Of a DNA stretch of 64,000 nt, positions 56,135 through 64,000 are shown piece after piece. Both the position numbers and the translations under genes were made by a program. How positions within the stretch are numbered: position 1 is the stretch's first letter; each line of letters starts with the position of its first letter. Source of the stretch: an uncultured Planctomycetaceae bacterium (lineage in GTDB: Bacteria; Planctomycetota; Planctomycetia; Pirellulales; PALSA-1355); assembly GCA_963785305.1 (NCBI GenBank), contig CAWAUV010000005.1, forward strand, positions 128,001 to 192,000. Direction: 5' to 3'. Below the pieces are notes generated by a model. The model was not told the origin of the DNA and ran no database searches. It was given only the letters and a program-made list of their open reading frames with translations.

Positions 56135-56392
56135 GGGGATAAGCCTAAACCGCCGGCGAAGAAATGCCCAGACCGATTTTGCCTCGCGGCTCCAACGACT
56201 TACGCACGCTCGAGGATCGCCCGCCGTGGCGGCTCGGGCGTTACGGATTGTGAGCCGTGCGTTCATCCTTGATAATGATCGCCGTGGGTCGAGGGCTTCC
56301 GCTCCGCGAGAAGCGTGTCCACGGCTGCTGGTGAGTGCTCATCGCCGCCGAGCGCGGCGTCGCGACTTTCTTCCATTGGGCAACGGGCGATT

Positions 56393-56951
56393 GTGTCGAA
56401 CTCCTTGATCGGTCGCGTGGCGGCCGGCGAACAACAAGCGATGGAAGAATGCCTCGACCGCTTCGGCGGTTTGGTGTGGTCGCTTGCGCAAGGGTTCACC
56501 CACGGCGGCCGACGCCGAAGACGCCGCCCAAGAGATTTTCATCGACTTATGGCGGAGCGCGGCCCGGTTCGACTCCGCCATCGCCTCGGAAACCACCTTT
56601 GTCGCGATGATCGCCCGGCGACGGCTAATCGATCGCCAGCGCCGCCTGGGCCGACGCCCCCAGAACGAGGCCCTGCCGCCGGAACTCGCCTCGCGCGGCC
56701 CTTCCACCACGGAAGCCGCCGAAATGGGCGACGATGTGGCGCGGGCCGCGCAAGCGCTCGGCGGCTTGCGGCCCGAACAGCGGCAAGTGCTCTCGCTCTG
56801 GATTTACGACGGACTGACGCACGACGAAATCTCGCGCTCCACCGGCCTGCCGCTCGGCACCGTCAAAACCCATGCGCGGCGCGGGCTCTTGCAAATTCGC
56901 GGCATGATCGGGCTGGCCCGCTCCGATAAACAGCGAGGAGGGGCGACATGA
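56393..56951 (+). CDS. ECF sigma factor, SigK-like (frameshift near 56490)
   Basis: DAEDA.QEIF..LWR.A.RFD, IARRRLIDR, GLTHDEIS..TGLPLGTVKT..RRGL. Confidence 0.92.
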
Positions 56952-57772
56952 ACGCCGAAAATCCTCGTTCCGATCTCGACGCGATCCACGACCTGCTCTG
57001 CGAGCAAGTCGAGCGCGAACTCACGCCCGCCGAATCGGCCGAGCTCGAGCGGCTGTTGGCCTTGCACCCGGCAGTCGACCGCGAGGAACTCGAGCGCGTG
57101 GCCGCGGCGATCGAGCTATCGCTCGGAGCCCCGGTGTTCGAGCCGCTTCCGCCGGCATTACGGGGCAAACTGCTCGCCGACGCCCGCCGCTGGGCTGCTG
57201 AGACGAATTCCGGACAAGGCGCCGCCGAACTGATTCGAGCCGCTGGCGGAGTCGGGCCGCGGGTTGCTCGGCCCGCCGATCTCGGCGCACAAAGCTCGGG
57301 CCGATCGTGGTGGCCGTGGCTGGTCACGGCGGCCAGTCTGCTGATGGCGACCTGGGCCCTGTACCCACGGTTCGAGCGAGCCCCGAGCCCCGCCCAGGAG
57401 CGAAGCGAACTGCTCGCCACCCCCGACCTGGTGCGGGCGCCACTGGCCGACCCGGTGACGAGCGAAGTGAAAGGCGACTTGGTCTGGAGTCCGTCGTTGC
57501 AACGGGGCTTCATGCGCATCAAGGGGCTCGAGCCCAACGATCCGAAGAAGCGCCAATATCAGCTTTGGATTTTCGATGCCAATCAAGACGACAAATATCC
57601 GATCGACGGCGGTGTGTTCGACATTTCGAGCAAGGGCGAAGTCGTGGTGCCGATCCATGCGGCGCTGCATGTGGTGAAGCCCGGCCTATTTGCCGTGACC
57701 GCCGAGAAACCGGGCGGCGTGGTGGTCTCTTCGCGCGAAGCGATCAAACTGCTCGGCAAGCCCGAGGGGTGA
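56948..57772 (+). CDS. RskA-type anti-sigma factor
   Basis: ATGA overlap with the sigma gene; one TM; GL..ND....YQLWI, FAVT.EKPGG. Confidence 0.88.
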   Translation: MNAENPRSDLDAIHDLLCEQVERELTPAESAELERLLALHPAVDREELERVAAAIELSLGAPVFEPLPPALRGKLLADARRWAAETNSGQGAAELIRAAGGVGPRVARPADLGAQSSGRSWWPWLVTAASLLMATWALYPRFERAPSPAQERSELLATPDLVRAPLADPVTSEVKGDLVWSPSLQRGFMRIKGLEPNDPKKRQYQLWIFDANQDDKYPIDGGVFDISSKGEVVVPIHAALHVVKPGLFAVTAEKPGGVVVSSREAIKLLGKPEG

Positions 57773-57817
57773 TCGCGGTTTTTTCCGCGCTGGCCGGATA
57801 TTTTTGCGCTTTCCGGC

Positions 57818-57845
57818 TGAATCCACCTTTCCGCGGCGGGCGAAT
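57818..57845 (+). promoter_or_regulatory. Putative ECF-dependent promoter
   Basis: TGAATCC-N16-CGAAT upstream of the lipid-modification genes, resembling SigK-type ATCC...CGAA promoters. Confidence 0.35.
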
Positions 57846-57928
57846 GCGGTTGTTGGCGGGCCGAGGTTCGCCGGCATTCCCGGGTGCGAAGCCATGGGCC
57901 TCGCCGCGCAAACTCGTTCAAACGCCTC

Positions 57929-59227
57929 ATGAAAATCGCCATTGTCGGATCGGGCATCGCGGGCATGACCGCCGCGCATCTATTGCACGGAGCGCATGAG
58001 ATCACGCTGTTCGAGGCCGGCAGCCATGTGGGCGGCCACACGCACACGGCGCATCTCGTGATCGATGGTAGACCGTTGGCGCTCGACACCGGCTTTATTG
58101 TCTTCAACAACCGCACCTATCCCAACTTCGCGCGGCTGCTCGACCATCTGGGTGTTGCTTCCCAGGAAAGCGACATGAGCTTTAGCGTGCGCTGCGATCG
58201 CACCGGATTCGAATATTGCGGTTCGTCGCTCAATGCACTCTTCGCCGACCGGCGAAACTTCGCGCGGCCTTCGTTTTATCGCATGCTTCGCGATATCCTG
58301 CGGTTCAATCGCGAGGCGCCGGCGATTCTCGAAGACGCCGACGATGAACGCACCCTGGGCGAACTGGTCGCACAAGGCCGCTACGGCGCCGAGTTCGTCG
58401 AGCGATATCTGATGCCGATGGGCGCGGCGATCTGGTCGGCCTCGAGCGGACAGATGCATGCGTTTCCGGCCAGGTTCTTCGTGCGATTCTTTCGCAATCA
58501 TGGACTGCTGTCGGTGGCCGATCGGCCGCGGTGGCGCGTCGTGCGCGGCGGCTCGGACCGCTATGTGGCGCTGCTGACGGCGCCGTTTGCCGAGCGGGTG
58601 CGGCTCGTGTGTCCCGTCGCCGGAGTCGAGCGCCGGCCGGATCATGTCGTGCTCACCACGGTCGGCGGCGAGAGATCGAAATTCGACCATGTGGTCATCG
58701 CCGCGCATGCCGATCAGGCGCTGGCGATGCTCGCCGATCCGACTCCGACCGAGCAAGCGGTGCTTGGCGCGTTTACCTACCAGCGCAATGAGGCGGTGCT
58801 TCACGGAGATGAGTCGCAATTGCCACGGCGGCGCCGGGCCTGGGCGAGTTGGAATTATCATCTCGGGTCCGACGATCGCGGCGTGGCGGTGACCTATCTG
58901 CTCAATCGCTTGCAAGGCATCGATTCCCCACGGCAATTCTGTGTGACGCTCAATCGCACGGATCGCCTCGCGCCGGAGAAAATCCATCGCCGCGTCATCT
59001 ACCACCATCCGCTGTACACGGCGCGCGCCGTGGCGGCGCAACTCCGCCGGCGCGAAGTCAGCGGCGCACGGCGCACGCACTACTGCGGGGCGTATTGGGG
59101 CAATGGGTTTCATGAAGACGGCGTCGTGAGCGCGATTGATGTGGCCCGGAATTTTGGTCTGGATTTTCCCGCATGCAAAGCTGCATCTACGAAGGCCATG
59201 TGCGGCACCGTCGCTTCGAGCCCGTGA
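57929..59227 (+). CDS. FAD/NAD-dependent oxidoreductase (amine oxidase-like; UfaD-like)
   Basis: MKIAIVGSGIAG, GGH, DTGFIVFN..TYPNF, AWASWNY, GAYWG.GFHEDG. Confidence 0.9.
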   Translation: MKIAIVGSGIAGMTAAHLLHGAHEITLFEAGSHVGGHTHTAHLVIDGRPLALDTGFIVFNNRTYPNFARLLDHLGVASQESDMSFSVRCDRTGFEYCGSSLNALFADRRNFARPSFYRMLRDILRFNREAPAILEDADDERTLGELVAQGRYGAEFVERYLMPMGAAIWSASSGQMHAFPARFFVRFFRNHGLLSVADRPRWRVVRGGSDRYVALLTAPFAERVRLVCPVAGVERRPDHVVLTTVGGERSKFDHVVIAAHADQALAMLADPTPTEQAVLGAFTYQRNEAVLHGDESQLPRRRRAWASWNYHLGSDDRGVAVTYLLNRLQGIDSPRQFCVTLNRTDRLAPEKIHRRVIYHHPLYTARAVAAQLRRREVSGARRTHYCGAYWGNGFHEDGVVSAIDVARNFGLDFPACKAASTKAMCGTVASSP

Positions 59228-59982
59228 AGCGTGAGTTCCGTTATCGGCTGTTCATGCTGTATCTCGATCTCGACGAGACGCCCGGCGTGTTCGATGGCCG
59301 GTGGTTTTGGTCGGCGCGCGGTCCGGCGCCGGTGCGATTTTGCCGCGCTGATTATTGGGGCGACCCCGCGAGCCGCTCGCCGGGGAGGTGCGATCGCTCG
59401 TGGCCGGAAGCCTGGGCCAAGCGCCGCGCGGACCGATCCGGCTGCTCACGCTGCCCCGATTCCTGGGCTATGGCTTCAATCCGATCAGTGTCTATTTCTG
59501 TTTCGATTCCGATGCGCGCGGGTGGAAAGTGTCGTGCTCGAGGTGCGCAACACGCCCTGGGGCGAGCGGCGGGCGTATGTCCTGGCGATCGATGGCGTCA
59601 CGCCGCGCCGCTCGGCGGCGCGAATATCGGTTCGCCAAGCAGAATGCATGTTTCCCCGTTTTTGCCGATGGAAATCGAGTATCGCTTGCGGCTGAATGCC
59701 CCGGCGGCGAGCCTTGGCGTGCATCTCGAAGCATGCCCGATGGGCGAAAACGGCTCGGGCGATCGCACCGAAGACGCCCGTCCCACGCTCGACGCCACGC
59801 TCACGCTCCGGCGCCGCGAGATCGGCGCGGGATCGCTGGCGGCAATGCTGGCTCGCTATCCGCTGCTGAGCATGCGGGTCACGGCCGCCATCTATTGGCA
59901 AGCCATGCGAATTTGGCTTCGCGGCTGTCCGACGTTTACGCATCCCGCGAATCACGACGAACCAGCGAGGGTCTGTCCATGA
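59173..59982 (+). CDS. DUF1365 family protein (frameshifted)
   Basis: IYEG.V.HRR..P....F.Y, PR.LGYGFNPIS.Y, EV.NTPWGER, HVSPF, IYWQA. Confidence 0.9.
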   Translation: MQSCIYEGHVRHRRFEPVKREFRYRLFMLYLDLDETPGVFDGRWFWSARGPAPVRFCRADYWGDPASRSPGRCDRSWPEAWAKRRADRSGCSRCPDSWAMASIRSVSISVSIPMRAGGKCRARGAQHALGRAAGVCPGDRWRHAAPLGGANIGSPSRMHVSPFLPMEIEYRLRLNAPAASLGVHLEACPMGENGSGDRTEDARPTLDATLTLRRREIGAGSLAAMLARYPLLSMRVTAAIYWQAMRIWLRGCPTFTHPANHDEPARVCP

Positions 59983-61336
59983 GTGTCGCGCCAGTTCAGG
60001 GAGCGCCAATTCAGGGAGCGCCAATTCAGGGAGCGCCAATTCAGGGAGCGCCAAATTCAGGGAGCGCCAATTCAGAGAGCGCCAGACCGGCTCGCGCCGG
60101 TCGCGAGGGCTCACCGCGCGAGCTGGCTCGATCGCGCCGCGCGCGACTTGGTTTTCAAGAATCTCGCCCGGCTCGGAGAGGGCTCGCTCCGACTCGAAGA
60201 GGCGGGCGAAGCGTTCACATTTGGCCCGAGCGAAAGCGCCGGTTCACTTGCCAGCACGGTGCGCGTGCTCGATCCCGGGTTCCATGGCGCCGTGGCGTTT
60301 GGCGGCACGATCGGAGCCGGCGAATCGTATATGCGCGGCGAGTGGCAATGCGATTCGCTCCCGGATCTCGTGCGACTGTTCTTGGTCAATCGCGGCGCGC
60401 TCGATCGGCTGGAAGGTTGGGCCGCCCGCTGCCAAGGGTCGCTGAGAAATCTGGTGCATGCTTGGCGCCGCAATTCGCACCGCGGCAGCCGCGACAACAT
60501 TGCCGCGCACTACGACCTAGGCAATGACTTCTTCTCGCTATTTCTCGACGAAAGCATGATGTATTCCTGTGCCCTGTTCGAACAACCCGGGTATTCGCTC
60601 GCGGAAGCGTCGGAAGCGAAAAACGATCGCATCTGCCAGCGGCTCGAACTCGCGGCCGGCGATCATTTCCTCGAGATCGGCGGCGGATGGGGCGGATTCG
60701 CCCTGCACGCGGCCGGCCGCTATGGCTGCCGGGTGACCACAACCACCATTTCGCGCGAGCAACACGCGCTGGCCAGCCGCCGTGTGCGCGAAGCGGGGCT
60801 CGCGGATCGCGTGACGGTGCTCTCGCGAGACTATCGCGATCTGACCGGTCAGTACGACAAATTGGTGTCGATCGAAATGATCGAGGCCGTGGGACATGCG
60901 TATCTCGATCGCTACTTCGCCCAGTGCGGCTCGCTGCTCAAGCCCGAGGGGCTCATGCTGCTGCAAGCGATCTTGATTCCGGACCAGCAATACGAAGCCT
61001 ATCGCCGCGGCGTCGATTTCATTCGGCGCTATATTTTTCCCGGCGGTTGCCTGCCTTCGCTCGGAGCGATCCACGGCGCGATTCGCCGCCGAACCGACTT
61101 GCAACTGACGAGCCTCGACGATCTCACGCCCCACTATGCCCGCACCCTGGAGCTTTGGCGCGCACGGTTCCTCGAAAACATCGCCGAGGTTCGCGGACTG
61201 GGATATCCCGAGTCGTTTGTGCGGATGTGGGAGTTTTATCTCGCCTATTGCGAAGGCGCATTCCGTGAAAACGCCACTAGCTGCGCAACTGCTCTTCGCC
61301 AAACCGCGCCGGCCGCGGCGCCTCGGAAAGCTTTAG
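59979..61336 (+). CDS. cfa: Cyclopropane-fatty-acyl-phospholipid synthase-like SAM methyltransferase (frameshifts near 60054 and 61275)
   Basis: NIAAHYDLGNDFF, MMYSCA, LEIGGGWG, SIEMIEAVG, YIFPGG, YA.TL..W, WEFYLAYCEG.F. Confidence 0.92.
59988..60085 (+). repeat. Six tandem 15-bp units GCGCCAATTCAGGGA (APIQG) at the 5' end of cfa
   Basis: Units at 59988, 60003, 60018, 60033, 60048 (16 bp, extra A) and 60064. Confidence 0.95.
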
Positions 61337-62073
61337 TGAGTCGCGGGCATGAACTGCGGCAGCGGCATCGAACCGGCCGCGACCGGCGCTCGCGGCGCCA
61401 TGGCTTGCCGTCCCTTGCCGGCCCGCATCTCGTCGCGATATCGCAGCCAAAGGTCGCCCAGCGGGTGATCGCCGCGCCCAGGGAGCCAGGGGCCGCCGCT
61501 GGCGTAATGAATCAGCCGGGTTCGCGTGTCGCGCGCATCGCGAGTTCGCCAGGCGCCGGGCAGCTCGCCGACGAGCGCGTCGCCGATGCCCTCGAAGCGG
61601 TTGAGCGCCCCGACATTGGCGGTTTCGATCATTTGCTTGGTCCAGAGCGTGAGCCGCGGGCAATTGAGCAGCATGGCGCTCGACCACTGCACGCGCGGTT
61701 CGCCAGGGAGTGGGCCGCTCGAAGACGACGGCACGTCGGCGCCAATCGCGCCCGCGGGCCGATCGTGCTTAACTACCCGGAGCCAACAATCGCTCAAGGT
61801 CATCTCGGCGATTTCTCGCACGTCGCCCAAGCAAAGCATCTGACTGTCGAGAAAAAGAGCCGAACCGCGAAATCCGCACAAGTGCGGCACAAGAAATCGG
61901 GAATAGGCGGTTTCGCTGGTTTGGAGCGGGTCGGTCGCGCACCGCAGGTTCATCTCGCTGCTTTTGAGGCAGTAAATGTCGAGCGGAATCGAGGCATATT
62001 TCTGAAGCGAGTAACGGAGGACATCAGCGCATTCGGGAAAGCGGGAATCCCAGCCAATGAAAACTTTGAGCAT
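61333..62073 (-). CDS. GT-A fold glycosyltransferase (GT8-like)
   Basis: VFIGWD.R, SRFLVP.L..F.G.ALFLD, WSS.ML.NC, IHY..GGPW. Confidence 0.8.
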   Translation of the reverse strand: MLKVFIGWDSRFPECADVLRYSLQKYASIPLDIYCLKSSEMNLRCATDPLQTSETAYSRFLVPHLCGFRGSALFLDSQMLCLGDVREIAEMTLSDCWLRVVKHDRPAGAIGADVPSSSSGPLPGEPRVQWSSAMLLNCPRLTLWTKQMIETANVGALNRFEGIGDALVGELPGAWRTRDARDTRTRLIHYASGGPWLPGRGDHPLGDLWLRYRDEMRAGKGRQAMAPRAPVAAGSMPLPQFMPATH

Positions 62074-62268
62074 ACGAGCCTTTCGCGAGACACGGCGGAA
62101 CGGGCCAGCGGCGCCACGGATCGATTATCGGCCCGCGATACTGCTTGCAATGAGCGCTCGAGCCCCGCCGCGCGACAAATCCCAAGCTCTGCCCGCTCAC
62201 AGGGCTAGCGGCGCCGACTGCGCAAGAACAACCGTCCTCAAAAAATTGAAAATCGAAAACTGCCTCTC

Positions 62269-62631
62269 TCACCCCTCCGCCAACCACTCGCGAGCCTGCC
62301 CCAGGTCGTGGACATCGAAATACCGAATCGTGGCCGACGTAAATGGTTTGCAGAACGCGGCCATGCCGTGTTCCCACTTCTTGTCGCCCACCATCGCCAG
62401 ACGCTCGATGTGTTTCGAGTGATGGAGATCGAACTTGATGTCCTGCCAGAGACCGCCCAGGTCCCAACCGTGAAAATCGTGCATCTCGACCAAGATTCGC
62501 ACTTTGCCGTGGGCCGCGATCGCTTTTTCCACCGCCGGGACAAAATGCGCGTAATCGTCTTTGTGCAGCTTGCCCGAAAGCCGCGCTTCGATGATCTTGC
62601 CGCCCATGGATTCACTGAAAGAAACGGTCAT
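62269..62631 (-). CDS. STAS/SEC14 (SpoIIAA-like) domain protein
   Basis: SGKL..DDY..F.P.VE, DFHGWD....WQD, RLAMVGD..WE, RYF....AREWL. Confidence 0.88.
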   Translation of the reverse strand: MTVSFSESMGGKIIEARLSGKLHKDDYAHFVPAVEKAIAAHGKVRILVEMHDFHGWDLGGLWQDIKFDLHHSKHIERLAMVGDKKWEHGMAAFCKPFTSATIRYFDVHDLGQAREWLAEG

Positions 62632-63095
62632 GATGATTCGACTCCGTGGAAGTTCGATGTTTCCGTGAACGCACTGCTCGGCCGGGCCGCGAGCGAACCG
62701 AAGCCAAGTCGCTGGGGAAGATGACTCTATTGGACATTATCCGGCATGCAACCACAAAAAGGAATGCGTGGCTTTGCTAATTACGCCGCGAGCGGGCGCC
62801 ACGCGTCGCTTTTATCGACGAAATGCTCGCGCCAGACGCGCGTGAAATCACGTCCGGCGAGATCCATCTCGAAGATGTCTCGCGCGACTTCATGAAACCG
62901 CGGCCGACGACCCCACATTTTCGCGAGTGCTGGCTGGCGGATCCACCGAGGGTCGAATCGCCGTTTCGCCAGATTATCCACGGCCGCCGCAATCGTCGCG
63001 GGCTCATCGAAAACAACGCTCGCATCGCGAGTATCGAACAGAGCATTCAGCGCGGGAAACGACTTGAGGCAAACGACCGAAGGACGAGGCACGCG

Positions 63096-63636
63096 TTAAT
63101 CCAGGACGAACCTCGCCCGAAACGTGGGATCGGAGGCGCACGTTGTCGAAGTCCGATTCGTCGGCCACGAGATCGCGAAACGAGCCGTCGATGGCCAGGG
63201 CTCGCGAGAGAAACAGCAGCACTTGCCGTGTGTTGCCGGCCAAGCTCCAGTAGCAGGCGAGATTGTAGAGGAGCAGCGCGTTCCGCGGGTCGTGGGCCAG
63301 CGCGTGTTCGAGGGCCGCGATCGCTTTGTCGAGGCGTCCGGTGCGTTTGTAGCACCAGCCCAGCGCGAGGCCGACCTCGGTGGTTCGCTCGGGCAGCCGC
63401 CTGGCCGCGATTCGGAGTGGTCGCAGGGCCGCTTCATGTTGGCCGAGCGATCGGAGCGCTTCGCCGCGGAGGTAGCTGGCGCGGCCGGAGCGATCGGCGC
63501 CGTCGCCATAGCGGGCGAGAGTGTCGAGCGCGTGGCGGGCCATGCCGAGCTCGAGGTATCCTTCAGCTTGCCGCAGCCAAAGTTGGCGGCGAATGCGATG
63601 CGCCGACATGATTTTTGCCCTCGTCTCGCCGTTCAT
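63096..63636 (-). CDS. TPR protein (C-terminal frameshift)
   Basis: AEGYLELGM, LGWCYKR.G, YNLACYWSL, ESDFD..R.DP.F. Confidence 0.82.
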
Positions 63637-64000
63637 TGCCGAGCGTCGCCGGCCCGCCAATCTTGGCCGAAGCGCTGGCTCGTCGTCGTGGCCGCCGATT
63701 CAGATTGGCCGTGATTCCGTCCGGCCCCACGAATTCCCGCCTCGCGGCGCTCAAGCGACTATACCTATTGTAGTTCGCCCCCGCCCCGCTGCCGAGAGCC
63801 CGAAACAGGACCAAATCGCAGGGCGGCAGGTTGAGGAAAATACATGCAACTCGGCGGCGACCATCAATGACCGCGACGGACGCAACGACGCGACGATCGG
63901 CAGCAGTTGTTCCGACGAGAGCGTCAGCCATCGGCCAGCGCCGGCGCCTCGCGGTGGACTTTGGCGAGCGAGCGGGATGTGCCGGCGAGTTTTAGGGTGG

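Noticed and set aside
59988..60085. CRISPR array
   Set aside because: Contiguous 15-bp units with no unique spacers, inside a coding region; no cas genes in the window.
59983..62208. 741-aa cfa fusion protein
   Set aside because: Artefact of a frameshift near 61275 that reads through antisense to the glycosyltransferase.

Overview
GC-rich bacterial chromosome segment, most likely a Planctomycete (Pirellulales-like). This is inferred from a DUF1559 prepilin-like gene, PEP-CTERM proteins, an OprO/P porin, a stand-alone EF-G and a CsrA-like gene. Housekeeping and metabolic genes include clpX, sthA, fusA, cpaF-tadB-tadC, thiS-thiG, a dinG-family helicase, shc-hpnH, rplU, bioD and lnt. An ECF sigma/RskA pair sits upstream of an FAD-oxidoreductase, DUF1365 and cfa-like cluster. 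About 20 genes carry single-base frameshifts, which points to long-read indel errors rather than pseudogenes. There are two mobile elements: an ISAs1-family IS (41501-42751) and a precisely delimited 4726-bp IS1-family cargo transposon (12701-17426; perfect 25-bp TIRs, 8-bp TSD). The best novelty candidate lies inside the cargo transposon. A C-terminal AlpA/Xis-like HTH protein is followed by ACCGACA repeat boxes and a ~340-nt structured cassette. That cassette holds two strong-RBS minigenes and a 65-nt D-armless tRNA/tmRNA-TLD-like RNA with the G3:U70 alanine identity pair. Other notable items are a double PEP-CTERM 'polyprotein' in a probable metal-acquisition cassette and a possible furan fatty acid pathway.
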